This document shows positions 49,022 to 57,732 of a stretch of DNA of 64,000 nucleotides, one piece after another. The notes under the pieces are model-generated. The model saw nothing but the letters and a program-made list of their open reading frames with translations. It was not told the DNA's origin and ran no database searches. The DNA lies in assembly GCA_963720655.1 (NCBI GenBank), contig CAVRFZ010000025.1:24444-88443 (forward strand), read 5' to 3'. The DNA comes from an uncultured Acidobacteriota bacterium. Lineage in GTDB: Bacteria > Acidobacteriota > Terriglobia > Acidiferrales > UBA7541. The translations under genes and the position numbers were made by a program. The first letter of the stretch is position 1; each line of letters starts with the position of its first letter.

Positions 49022-49384
49022 ATGGGCCTGCAAATTGCCGCGCGTAAAGCCGGAAACGTCACCATCCTCGATCTGCAAGGCCGTATTACAATCGGCACCA
49101 GCAATGACGCTCTTGGTGCCGAATTGCGACGCCTCGCCGAAATCGCCCCCTGCGACATCCTTGTCAATCTCTCTGGCGTTCAACAGGTAGACAGCTCCGG
49201 CATCAGCACGCTGGTTCGTTCCTTCGTCACGCTCGAACGCAACGCCGGCAGCCTGAAGCTTCTCAATCCCACCGGCCACGTCCGCGAAGTCCTCGAACTC
49301 ACGCGCCTCATCCAATCCATCCCCACCTACACCGACGAAGCAAAAGCCGTCGCCAGCTTCCGCGGCGGCGCCGCCCTGGCCTAA
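49022..49384 (+). CDS. STAS-domain protein (anti-sigma-factor-antagonist type)
   Basis: ATG after a GGGGAGGGGA SD. ILDLQGRITIG...ILVNLSGVQQVDSSGISTLV. About 50 percent similar to the STAS protein at 18184. Confidence 0.8.
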   Translation: MGLQIAARKAGNVTILDLQGRITIGTSNDALGAELRRLAEIAPCDILVNLSGVQQVDSSGISTLVRSFVTLERNAGSLKLLNPTGHVREVLELTRLIQSIPTYTDEAKAVASFRGGAALA

Positions 49385-49465
49385 TCCGGCCGCAAGCAGT
49401 ATTTGATTTCGTGAAAGTAGTTTCGGAAAAAGAAAATAAACCGGCGGGATAAATTAAGTGAAGAC

Positions 49466-50053
49466 CTAAGCGTTCTTCTTCAGGTCCGCCAGCACGAGCT
49501 TCGCGACTTCCTTCAGCGTGTCAAACACACCCTGCCCGGTAACTGCAACCGCCTCCATCGAAGGCTCACCCTTCACGCTAAGCTGTTTCTGTAATTCCTC
49601 TACGGGCAGCACGTTCGGCAGATCGCGCTTATTCAACTGCAACACGTAAGGAATCGTATCGAAATTCAAATTGTGATCCTTCAGATGTTCGCGCAGGTTG
49701 TCGAGTGTTTCGAGGTTCGCATCCAGCCGCTCTTCCTGCGAATCCGCCACGAACACCACTCCATCCGCGCCCTTCAAAATCAATCGTCGGCTCGCCTCGT
49801 AAAACACCTGCCCCGGAACGGTATACAAATGAAAACGAGTCCGAAATCCGCGCACAGTCCCCAGGTCGAGCGGTAGAAAATCGAAGAAAAGCGTGCGATC
49901 CGTCTCGGTGGCGAGCGACACCATCTTTCCCTTTTGGTTCGACCCCGTGTGCTCGTAGATCCACTGCAGGTTCGCGGTCTTCCCGCCAAGGCCGGGGCCA
50001 TAGTAGACAAGCTTGCAGTTAATTTCGCGCGCGGGAAAATTAATAAACGGCAC
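49466..50053 (-). CDS. mglA: MglA-like Ras-superfamily small GTPase
   Basis: GTG start 4 nt after GAGGAA gives [44 protein letters not shown] and LNKRDL all match the MglA family. About 195 aa. Confidence 0.85.
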   Translation of the reverse strand: MPFINFPAREINCKLVYYGPGLGGKTANLQWIYEHTGSNQKGKMVSLATETDRTLFFDFLPLDLGTVRGFRTRFHLYTVPGQVFYEASRRLILKGADGVVFVADSQEERLDANLETLDNLREHLKDHNLNFDTIPYVLQLNKRDLPNVLPVEELQKQLSVKGEPSMEAVAVTGQGVFDTLKEVAKLVLADLKKNA

Positions 50054-50298
50054 AATTTCCTCAGTTTTGCAGCCGAGGTTACTTATAGCACAGCCTCGCA
50101 CCACCGCCAACGCGACCGCCACCCCGTGCTTCGCAATTGACAACTCTCCGCCGCACTGCCAGTTAGCAGGAATTCACCCGCGGACTGACATTCTGTGTCC
50201 AATCCGCCAAAAATCAGCCCGCCACCTACCTTGAGCCCTGCATTGACGCAGGTGCCCGACTTTGCTATGTTTCCTCGACAGTAATACGGAGCCACCAC

Positions 50299-50913
50299 GT
50301 GAAGCATCGCGCAGCCCGCACCTCTCGATCCCCGAGAAGTAGCCAGAAGATGCTGAAAACAAAGAGCTTGAAAGCGATCGCCAAGGCAAAAGTCATGCCT
50401 CCCGATCCCGAGGCGGGCGCCAAGCTCGCTCAGCTCAAATTCTACGAAGAGGCTCTTAAGTATTTTCAGCAGCAGAAGTTTCAACGCGCCAAGCAGTCCC
50501 TGGAACGCGCCCTGGAAGGTCCCAGCAGGGAACTCCGCGATCGCGCGCAAGTTCATGTCCGCATTTGCGAACAGCGCATCTCGCGCCTGCCGGCTGCTGC
50601 GCCAAAATCCGCCGAGGATCACTACACGCAGGGCGTCGCGCTCATGAATCTGGGCCGCTGGGACGAAGCCCGCGAGCATCTTGATCGCGCCCGCAAATCC
50701 GCCCCTAAAGCCGACCACATCGTGTACGCGATGGCCGCGCTCGATTGCCTCACCGGCGAAGCTGATTCTGCCATGCAGAATCTGAAAATCGCCATCCAGC
50801 TTCGCCCCGAAAATCGCTACCACGCCCGCAATGACGAGGACTTCGCATTCTTGCAGGAAGACCCTCGATTCACCGAGCTGCTCTACCCCGAGCGAGACGG
50901 TTCGAGCGCCTAG
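50299..50913 (+). CDS. TPR-repeat protein
   Basis: TPR-like helical repeats (YEEALKYFQQQKFQRAKQSLERAL, HYTQGVALMNLGRWDEAREHLDRA, AMQNLKIAIQLRPEN). The start may be at 50350. Confidence 0.6.
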   Translation: MKHRAARTSRSPRSSQKMLKTKSLKAIAKAKVMPPDPEAGAKLAQLKFYEEALKYFQQQKFQRAKQSLERALEGPSRELRDRAQVHVRICEQRISRLPAAAPKSAEDHYTQGVALMNLGRWDEAREHLDRARKSAPKADHIVYAMAALDCLTGEADSAMQNLKIAIQLRPENRYHARNDEDFAFLQEDPRFTELLYPERDGSSA

Positions 50914-50928
50914 CCTCAATTTTCTTCC

Positions 50929-51948
50929 GTGAAAAATAGTTCGCACCCTCGCGTCCGCCCAGTTCGCATCGTGGCACTCGGCGGCGGCACCGGACTCTCC
51001 ACAGTCCTGCGCGGACTCAAGCAGCACATCGGCGATCCCAAACGCGGGATCGAGCGGCCCATCTCGGATCTCGCCGCGGTCGTCACCGTCACCGACGACG
51101 GCGGAAGTTCTGGCCGTCTTCGCCGCGATTATCGCGTCCTCCCGCCGGGCGACATTCGCAATTGCATGGTCGCGCTTTCAAAAGACGAGGACCTCCTCGG
51201 CAAATTATTTCAATACCGCTTTTCCGCCGGCCGAGGCCTCGCCGGCCACAGCTTCGGCAATTTATTTCTCACCGCCCTCACCAATATCACCGGCGATTTC
51301 CCGGAAGCAGTGCACGTTTCCTCGCAGGTGCTCGCAATTCGCGGACGCATCTTTCCTTCGACGACCGAGAACGTCACCCTCGAAGCCGAGCTCGAAGATG
51401 GTTCCCTCGTGGCCGGCGAAACAAGAATTTCCCGCTCGAAGCAGCGAATCCGCCGCATTCGTCTCGTCCCGCGCCGCGTTCGTCCGCTCTCCGAAGTGCT
51501 CGCCGCGCTTCACTCCGCAGACTTGATTCTCGTCGGCCCCGGCTCGCTCTACACCAGCATCATTCCCAATCTCCTGGTCGAGGGCGTCACAAAAGCGATC
51601 GCCCGCTCGAGCGCCAAATGCGTTTACATCGCCAACCTCATGACGCAACCTGGCGAGACCGAGCACTACTCCGTCGCCGATCACGTCCGCGCCATCTACG
51701 AACACACCCGCGTTCCCATATTCCACTCGGCGGTGATCAATCGCACTCCGGCCTCCCCGCAAATGTTGCGCCGCTATCGCAAACAAGGCGCCGAGATTGT
51801 GAAGCCTTCGCTCACTGAACTGAAGCGGATGCGTTTGCCCTATATCACCTCCGATCTTCTGCAACAGCGCGGCAAGATCCGCCACGATACCAGCCGCCTC
51901 GCTAAACTCCTCCTGCGCGAATTCGTCACGCAGCATCCCCGCCACTGA
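50929..51948 (+). CDS. YvcK/CofD-family gluconeogenesis-morphology factor
   Basis: IVALGGGTGLSTVLRGLK, VVTVTDDGGSSGRLR, PPGDIRNCMVAL, GPGSLYTSIIPNLLV. Confidence 0.85.
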   Translation: MKNSSHPRVRPVRIVALGGGTGLSTVLRGLKQHIGDPKRGIERPISDLAAVVTVTDDGGSSGRLRRDYRVLPPGDIRNCMVALSKDEDLLGKLFQYRFSAGRGLAGHSFGNLFLTALTNITGDFPEAVHVSSQVLAIRGRIFPSTTENVTLEAELEDGSLVAGETRISRSKQRIRRIRLVPRRVRPLSEVLAALHSADLILVGPGSLYTSIIPNLLVEGVTKAIARSSAKCVYIANLMTQPGETEHYSVADHVRAIYEHTRVPIFHSAVINRTPASPQMLRRYRKQGAEIVKPSLTELKRMRLPYITSDLLQQRGKIRHDTSRLAKLLLREFVTQHPRH

Positions 51949-52134
51949 TTGCTGTCCTGTTTTGCGTCAGTCTAAAGGCACTTTCAAAAAGCCTTTTCTT
52001 GCGCCTCGTTCCCCCTGTTCGTATACTTGCCCGCGCTGTTTATGAGCCATATTGGCGTAATTTGTGACTGCCTATAACAACGTCCATTTCCGAACGCTTT
52101 CATTCATGCTCGTCAGATTCCTCCAGGAGGTGTC

Positions 52135-53403
52135 ATGTCTGCGGCTGCGCAGGATGAATTAAACGTTTATCAGTCTGCGGAAGCGCGCTTCGAAATCGCT
52201 GCGCATAAGCTGAATTTGGAAGATGGCCTCTACCGCTATCTGAAATATCCCAGCAAGGAAATCACGGTTTACATTCCAGTTCCGCTCGACAACGGCAAGC
52301 TCGAAGTCTTCACCGGCTATCGCGTGCTGCACTCCACGATTCGGGGTCCCGGTAAAGGCGGCATCCGCTTCGACCCAAACGTCAGCCTCGATGAAGTCCG
52401 CGCCCTCGCCGCTTGGATGACTTGGAAATGCGCGGTCGTCAATATTCCTTTCGGTGGCGCGAAGGGCGGCGTGATCTGCGATCCGAGCAAACTCTCAAAA
52501 ACCGAAATCGAGCGCATCACCCGCCGCTATACCGCCGAGCTGAGCGAATGGTTCGGGCCCGAGCGCGATGTTCCCGCGCCGGACATCGGCACCAACGCGC
52601 AAACCATGGCCTGGGTGATGGACACCTACGCCATGCACGTCCGTCAGGCTACCACCGCCGTCGTCACCGGCAAGCCGCTTGAACTCGGCGGCTCACAAGG
52701 CCGCACCGAGGCTACCGGCCGTGGCTTAATGATTTGCTGCGACAAAGCCATTCAGAAACTCGGAATGCAGCGCCGCGGCGCTCGCGTCATCATTCAGGGC
52801 TTTGGCAACGTCGGCTCCCAGGCCGCCGACCTGATGCACAAGGCGGGCTACAAGATCATCGGCGTTGCGGACATACACGGCGGTCTTTACAACGAAGGCG
52901 GCTTCGACATCCCGAAACTAGTCGAATGGGTCTACGGCCAGCGCAAACCACTTCCTGATTTCCCGGGTGGCGGCGAGAAAATGAGCGCGCAGGAAGTGCT
53001 TTTCCACCCCTGCGAGATTCTCGTTCCCGCGGCCACCGAAAATCAGATCACCACGAAAAATGCTCACCGCGTGGATTGCAAAATCCTGTGCGAGGGCGCC
53101 AACGGCCCCACCACGTCGCACGCCGACCCGATCATCGAGAAAAAGGGAATCTTTATCATCCCGGACATTCTCGGCAATGCCGGCGGCGTCACCGTCAGCT
53201 ATTTCGAGTGGGTGCAGGATCGCCAGGGCTTTTTCTGGCGCGAGAGCGAAGTGAATGAACGCCTGCAGGACGTGATGGAACAAAGTTTCGATCAAGTTGT
53301 GCTTTACGCCGAAACCCACGGGGTGAATAATCGTATCGCTGCATACATTGTGGCGATCGATCGCGTGGCCCGCGCACTGAAATTGCGCGGCATCTACGCA
53401 TAG
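52135..53403 (+). CDS. gdhA: Glu/Leu/Phe/Val-family dehydrogenase, glutamate dehydrogenase type
   Basis: GPGKGGIRF, catalytic-Lys region PFGGAKGG, Rossmann [10 protein letters not shown]-terminal SYFEWVQ. Confidence 0.9.
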   Translation: MSAAAQDELNVYQSAEARFEIAAHKLNLEDGLYRYLKYPSKEITVYIPVPLDNGKLEVFTGYRVLHSTIRGPGKGGIRFDPNVSLDEVRALAAWMTWKCAVVNIPFGGAKGGVICDPSKLSKTEIERITRRYTAELSEWFGPERDVPAPDIGTNAQTMAWVMDTYAMHVRQATTAVVTGKPLELGGSQGRTEATGRGLMICCDKAIQKLGMQRRGARVIIQGFGNVGSQAADLMHKAGYKIIGVADIHGGLYNEGGFDIPKLVEWVYGQRKPLPDFPGGGEKMSAQEVLFHPCEILVPAATENQITTKNAHRVDCKILCEGANGPTTSHADPIIEKKGIFIIPDILGNAGGVTVSYFEWVQDRQGFFWRESEVNERLQDVMEQSFDQVVLYAETHGVNNRIAAYIVAIDRVARALKLRGIYA

Positions 53404-53416
53404 CGACAGCCGCACA

Positions 53417-53440
53417 GTAGGGGCACGGCATGCCGTGCCC
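53417..53440 (+). repeat. REP-like element: GTAG(G) head + palindrome GGCACGGCATGCCGTGCC
   Basis: Perfect 18-20 nt palindrome 14 nt after the gdh stop. A near-identical inverted copy lies at 58921-58944. Confidence 0.6.
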
Positions 53441-53509
53441 GATCGACCGGTGGGAAGAAGCTGCCCATCGTCATCTTGAATGTAAGCGTCGTTCGCGACG
53501 GAGGCAATT

Positions 53510-54313
53510 CTGTACCCTGAAGCCATTTCGCCGGGCGCTCTAAAAACCGAGGACGAACACCGCCGCGACATTTGCGCCGTCGGCCGCTGGATTCACGATC
53601 GCGGCTACGTTGCCTCCACCGACGGCAACATCTCGCTCCGCCTCGACCCTCGCCGCATTCTCACTTCTCCCACCGGCATCAGCAAAGGCATGATGACGCC
53701 CGACGATCTCGTCGTCACCGATCTTCAAGGTCACAAGCTGAGCGGCCGCCGCAACGCCAGTTCCGAACTCGGCATGCATCTCCTGATTTACAGCCGCCGG
53801 CCCGACATCAATGCCGTTTGCCATGCGCACCCGCCTGCTGCCACTGGCTATGCGGCTGCCGGCATTCCGCTTAACAAAGCTATCCTTTGCGAACTCGTTC
53901 TCTCCCTCGGCTGCATTCCGGTCGCGCGCTACGGCACTCCCGGAACCAGCGAACTCACCGAAGCTCTCGAACCGCTCGTCCAAAGCTACGAAGCAATCTT
54001 GATGGCCAATCACGGCGTGGTCTGCTACGGGCAGGATCTCCTCTCCGCTTTTTTCCGCATGGAGACCACCGAACACTTCGCTCGCGTCTCCCTCGTAACC
54101 GAATTAATCGGCAAACAAGTCTTGCTTTCCAGCGGAGATGTGGAAAAATTGCTCGCGGCGCGCGCCCGTTACGGCGTTCAAACAGCTTCGTCAATCGGCC
54201 CAGACTGTCCAGTCACGGCAGACGCCGCCGATTCCGAGCGAATCACGCTGACGCGTCGCGAACTCGAAGCGCTCGTGGATGAAGCCGTACAGAAAGAGCG
54301 CTCGCGCCGCTAG
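53510..54313 (+). CDS. class II (zinc) aldolase/adducin-family protein, fuculose/rhamnulose-1-P aldolase-like, with C-terminal amphipathic extension
   Basis: DGNISLRL, TPTGISKG, AVCHAHPP, MANHGVV. The frame is open upstream of the ORF-track Met. The only plausible start is CTG at 53510, 5 nt after GGAGG (no in-frame ATG/GTG/TTG), so the start is uncertain. Confidence 0.75.
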   Translation: MYPEAISPGALKTEDEHRRDICAVGRWIHDRGYVASTDGNISLRLDPRRILTSPTGISKGMMTPDDLVVTDLQGHKLSGRRNASSELGMHLLIYSRRPDINAVCHAHPPAATGYAAAGIPLNKAILCELVLSLGCIPVARYGTPGTSELTEALEPLVQSYEAILMANHGVVCYGQDLLSAFFRMETTEHFARVSLVTELIGKQVLLSSGDVEKLLAARARYGVQTASSIGPDCPVTADAADSERITLTRRELEALVDEAVQKERSRR

Positions 54314-54348
54314 CGCAACAGGCCGTGTTCGAATTTTCGAAAAGCTTT

Positions 54349-54372
54349 GTAGGCCGCGGTTTTAACCGCGGC
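54349..54372 (+). repeat. REP-like element: GTAGG head + palindrome GCCGCGGTTTTAACCGCGGC
   Basis: Perfect palindrome 36 nt after the aldolase stop. Confidence 0.55.
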
Positions 54373-54390
54373 AATTGCCAAACCAGAAAA

Positions 54391-54419
54391 AAGGGGCTTT
54401 AGCCCCTGAAGTACATCAG
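54391..54419 (+). repeat. hairpin element AAGGGGCTTTAGCCCCTGAAGTACATCAG (copy 1)
   Basis: AGGGGCT/AGCCCCT stem. A second copy lies at 54945-54976, so the BMC-H gene is flanked by direct copies. Confidence 0.55.
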
Positions 54420-54475
54420 GCCTGTTTCAGACGGACACCAGACAACGTTCAGAAGTGGTTGCCGGAGGATCCAGA

Positions 54476-54772
54476 ATGGGCGAAGCACTCGGTATGATCG
54501 AAACGCGCGGCATGGTTGCGATGATCGAGGCCTCAGACGCGATGGTAAAAGCGGCCAAGGTCACGCTCGTCGGTTGGGAGAAGATCGGTTCCGGCTACGT
54601 CACCGCGATGGTCCGCGGCGATGTGGCTGCCGTGAAAGCGGCCACCGACGCCGGCGCCGCCGCTGCGCGCCGCGTGGGCGAATTGATCGCCGTCCACGTC
54701 ATCCCGCGGCCGCATCAATCGCTCGAGGATGTGTTGCCCATCGGCAAGACCCCGATGGTAGCCGCCAAGTAG
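54476..54772 (+). CDS. bacterial microcompartment shell protein, BMC-H (Pfam BMC/PduA-CcmK type)
   Basis: ATG after a [34 protein letters not shown]...[20 protein letters not shown] is the canonical BMC-H fold signature. Confidence 0.9.
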   Translation: MGEALGMIETRGMVAMIEASDAMVKAAKVTLVGWEKIGSGYVTAMVRGDVAAVKAATDAGAAAARRVGELIAVHVIPRPHQSLEDVLPIGKTPMVAAK

Positions 54773-54886
54773 CCGTCGGCAAAGCGCCGAGGCTCGGCGC
54801 ACCAGCGCGCAACTGTCACCGGTCGTCGTCGGATGTCATGGTCTGGTCGTTGTCGAAGAATTGGTTTGGTTGGTTTCCGGTCGGAG

Positions 54887-54976
54887 CCCCCTGCTTTAGC
54901 AGGGGGAGCTGGACTTCAGTCCAGCGGAAAAAGCGCCCAAGAACAAGGGGCTTTAGCCCCGGGAAGTACGATTCAG
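54887..54976 (+). repeat. array of three stem-loops in the BMC-H / BMC-P spacer
   Basis: CCCCCTGC-TTTA-GCAGGGGG (54887-54906), GCTGGACT-TC-AGTCCAGC (54908-54925), and AAGGGGCTTTAGCCCCGGGAAGTACGATTCAG (54945-54976, copy 2). Confidence 0.55.
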
Positions 54977-55126
54977 AAATGATCACAAACTCGAACCCGA
55001 TTGCGCCGCAAATTCACGCCTGTCGCCAGTTTCGCAGCTCAGGCGAGCGGAATTGACCTGAGGCCTTTGACGCAAGCTGAAAGCCTGATCGGGACGTAAA
55101 AAGCTTTATCAGAACAAATCAATCTC

Positions 55127-55431
55127 ATGCTTCTCGCTCGCATCGTCGGCACCGTCGTTTCCACTCGCAAAGACCCGCGCCTCGAAGGCAAAAAGCTGCT
55201 CATCGTAAAGCCCATCAATCCCGAAGGCGGCGACGAATCCGGCTACTTGATCGCCTTGATACCGTTGACGCCGGCTTCCGCGAAACCGTCCTCGTCGTCT
55301 CCGGCAGCTCCGCCCGCCTGGCCGCCGAATGCAAGGACCGCCCCGTCGACGCCGCCATCATCGGCATCGTCGACACGATCCAGCTAGACGCCCACCACGA
55401 AGCCGAACTCGCCGCCGCCCGAAAGAAATGA
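55127..55431 (+). pseudogene. BMC-P (EutN/CcmL-type pentamer) shell protein 1 with an apparent 1-nt deletion near 55258
   Basis: MLLARIVGTVVSTRKDPRLEGKKLLIV...GYLIAL, then the -1 frame reads DTVDAGFRETVLVVSGSSARLAAECKDRPVDAAIIGIVDTI. The uncorrected frame gives low-complexity P/S/A sequence. Confidence 0.75.
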
Positions 55432-55461
55432 CCCAACACCCGCTTACAGTAGGGCAGAAGC

Positions 55462-55746
55462 ATGATTCTCGGCCGCGTCATCGGCAAAGTCGTCGCTACC
55501 ATGAAAAACGACACACTCATCGGCCAACGCCTGCTCATCGTGCAGCCAATCGACCGTCACGGCCGCGATAAAGGTAAAGCGATTGTCGCGCTCGATTCGG
55601 TAGGCGCCGGAGCGGGTGAAACCGTTTACTGGTGCCGAGGAAAAGAAGCCAGCTTTCCATTTCTTCCGGTCGAGGTTCCCACGGAAGCAACAATCGTAGG
55701 AATCGTCGACGAAATCAACGTCCCCACAGAATCCGGGAATTCCTGA
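55462..55746 (+). CDS. BMC-P (EutN/CcmL-type) shell protein 2
   Basis: MILGRVIGKVVATMKND...LLIVQP...VALDSVGAGAGETV...ATIVGIVDEI. Confidence 0.85.
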   Translation: MILGRVIGKVVATMKNDTLIGQRLLIVQPIDRHGRDKGKAIVALDSVGAGAGETVYWCRGKEASFPFLPVEVPTEATIVGIVDEINVPTESGNS

Positions 55747-56028
55747 ATGCTGATCGCGCGCGTCGTCGGTGACATAGTCGCCACTCAAAAAGATCCGTCG
55801 CACCACGCCCGAAAAATCCTGCTCGTGCAGCCGCTGAATCTCGACGGCTCCGATCGCGGCGAAGCTGTTGTCGCCCTCGATGCCGTGGATGCCGGAATCG
55901 GTGAGCGCGTGCTGCTTTCCGCCGAAGGCTTTTGCGCGATGACCGCCGTCGGCCGCCCCAACTCCCCCATCGACACCGCCGTAATCGGCATAATCGACGA
56001 AGTAACGCTGATCGAAAACATAAAGTAA
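55747..56028 (+). CDS. BMC-P (EutN/CcmL-type) shell protein 3
   Basis: MLIARVVGDIVATQKD...ILLVQP...VALDAVDAGIGERVLL...DTAVIGIIDEV. It starts immediately after the stop of paralog 2. Confidence 0.85.
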   Translation: MLIARVVGDIVATQKDPSHHARKILLVQPLNLDGSDRGEAVVALDAVDAGIGERVLLSAEGFCAMTAVGRPNSPIDTAVIGIIDEVTLIENIK

Positions 56029-56037
56029 CGGATCCCA

Positions 56038-56060
56038 GTAGGAGCGGGTCTCAGACCCGC
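56038..56060 (+). repeat. REP-like element: GTAGG head + palindrome GCGGGTCT-C-AGACCCGC
   Basis: It lies 10 nt after the BMC-P3 stop. Confidence 0.5.
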
Positions 56061-56223
56061 CCGCGCAGCCCACTCCACCACCGCGCCACCCACATCCGAT
56101 CTTGCCTGTCCTCTGACGATCGCAAAACCAAGTTCACGCAAACGCCACAATCGCGGCGCAAGTCCGAAATGGCGAGGCGCTTGTTCTGAGCCTGTTATTT
56201 GATTGCTTTGAAACAACTCACCC

Positions 56224-56259
56224 AAAAAAAAGGCAGCGCTCGCTGCATCGAGCGCTGCC
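56224..56259 (-). terminator. rho-independent terminator of the 56300-56680 gene
   Basis: GGCAGCGCTCG-CTGCA-(T)CGAGCGCTGCC stem followed on the minus strand by T8. Confidence 0.7.
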
Positions 56260-56299
56260 CATTCCGCGACCACCAACAAATCCCAGCTGCGTCAGATCG

Positions 56300-56680
56300 T
56301 TACTTTCCCGCTACCGTGCCACTCGTCACCGAAATGTATTTGGCCTTGCCGCCAAAATGAACCTCGGCGATTTGGTTGCTATCCAGCACGACGGAGGTGT
56401 ACGAAGCCTTGCTCTGCCCGTCTTTCCACTCGATCGGTGCTTCCGCCACCACTTTTCCATCGCGTGAGATCGTCATTTTCGTTTCATCTGCCGACACTTG
56501 ATACGTTCCGGGCTTGAGATCTTTGCCGGCCAGCGTCGCGGAGCTATGTAGATCGACGGCAATATGAGAAACCGGCTTGACTGTTTTTGAATCGTCGGCG
56601 CGAGCTGCGATTGGAATCGCCAGAGCAAGCGCCGCCAGGATTGTCACCACAAAATTCATTCGACGATGTTCCATTTTCAT
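56300..56680 (-). CDS. small secreted hypothetical protein
   Basis: Signal peptide (NFVVTILAALALAIPIAARA), then a beta-rich 95-aa domain. No family recognised. Confidence 0.55.
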   Translation of the reverse strand: MKMEHRRMNFVVTILAALALAIPIAARADDSKTVKPVSHIAVDLHSSATLAGKDLKPGTYQVSADETKMTISRDGKVVAEAPIEWKDGQSKASYTSVVLDSNQIAEVHFGGKAKYISVTSGTVAGK

Positions 56681-57105
56681 TTCTCCTTGTTCTCACTCGC
56701 CCCTTGCAATGCTTAGACGCGATGATTCCTGCACCGAGAGCGCCATTTCAAAAGATTCATAAAAAAAGCCTTGCAGCAATCGTTACAACTAAATCACTCC
56801 GTATGCGGACACCATGCGTGCGAAAGCGAACAGCTTGCTCGGGCCAGCGAGTAAAAATGGGTAAAAAATCAACACTCTCCGAATTTTCGGAGAAATGCCA
56901 AACGCTGCAAAATGCGTTTTCGCTGCGCTCTTCTTGTATACGGAGCGCTGCGGCGATTAGTTCCGGCGTAATAGAAAATTAACAATATTTATCAAGATTC
57001 GGATTTGTGTTGCTGATTAGGTTGCACCCTTTTGGTGCATACGCCTTTTCTGGCCTGCGGGGCCCAGATTGACACCCTGACCACGCTCAGGAATAATCGC
57101 TCGAC

Positions 57106-57732
57106 ATGATCGGTTCGCTTCGCGGCAAGCTCATTGAGAAACGGCCTAACCAGCTCCTCGTTGACGTGAATGGCGTGGGCTATCAGGTGCAGATTCCGCT
57201 CTCCACGTTCGCGAGCCTCGCTGCGCTCCACGCCGAAACGAACCTGTTGATTCACACGCACGTACGCGAAGACCAGCTCACGCTGTACGGCTTTGCAACG
57301 GCACGCGAAAAGCAGTGTTTTGAGCTGCTGATTTCCGCGTCTGGCGTGGGGCCTTCGCTTGCGTTGAAGATTTTGTCCGGGATGAGCATCGAAGAGCTGG
57401 TTCCCGCAATCCGCAAAAGCGATCTCGCGCAGCTCGTTAAAATTCCGGGCGTTGGCCGCAAGACCGCCGAACGAATCGTCGTCGAACTGCGCGACAAGCT
57501 CGTCGTGATTGACGTTCCGGAGGCGGGCAAGCCGAGCACGCGCTCTCAGCTCGAGGACGACGTGGCGTCTGCTCTTATGAATCTTGGTTACGATGCGAAG
57601 TCTGTCGAACGTGCCGTTGAAAAATCGCGCGCGGCAAGCGGCAACGATTTCGAAAAATTGCTGCGTTCATCGCTCCAGATTCTCGGCAGCTCCGCCATGC
57701 AAAAATCGGCCCGCGCAGGTCGCGACGAATGA
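57106..57732 (+). CDS. ruvA: Holliday junction branch migration complex subunit RuvA
   Basis: MIGSLRGKL...[10 protein letters not shown]...FGF...ERQ-like [17 protein letters not shown], and HhH motif [16 protein letters not shown]. Confidence 0.95.
   Translation: MIGSLRGKLIEKRPNQLLVDVNGVGYQVQIPLSTFASLAALHAETNLLIHTHVREDQLTLYGFATAREKQCFELLISASGVGPSLALKILSGMSIEELVPAIRKSDLAQLVKIPGVGRKTAERIVVELRDKLVVIDVPEAGKPSTRSQLEDDVASALMNLGYDAKSVERAVEKSRAASGNDFEKLLRSSLQILGSSAMQKSARAGRDE

Noticed and set aside
50083-51027. 314-aa minus-strand ORF
   Set aside because: It is antisense to the TPR gene and to the start of yvcK. It has no motifs, and it would leave no room for the well-supported plus-strand genes.
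54325-54345. GTTCGAAT (T-loop-like) sequence that might indicate a tRNA
   Set aside because: The flanking bases cannot form a T-stem, and no acceptor or anticodon arms can be drawn. I could not support any tRNA in any intergenic region.
54574-55056. 160-aa Arg-rich ORF spanning the BMC-H 3' end and the hairpin array
   Set aside because: It overlaps the BMC-H gene out of frame and then runs through palindromic repeats. It is probably an artefact of those repeats.
54349-56060. Hairpin repeats around the BMC genes as a possible CRISPR array
   Set aside because: The repeat units differ in sequence, the spacing is irregular (spacers are whole genes), there are only 2-3 copies, and no cas genes are present. 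REP-like elements fit better.
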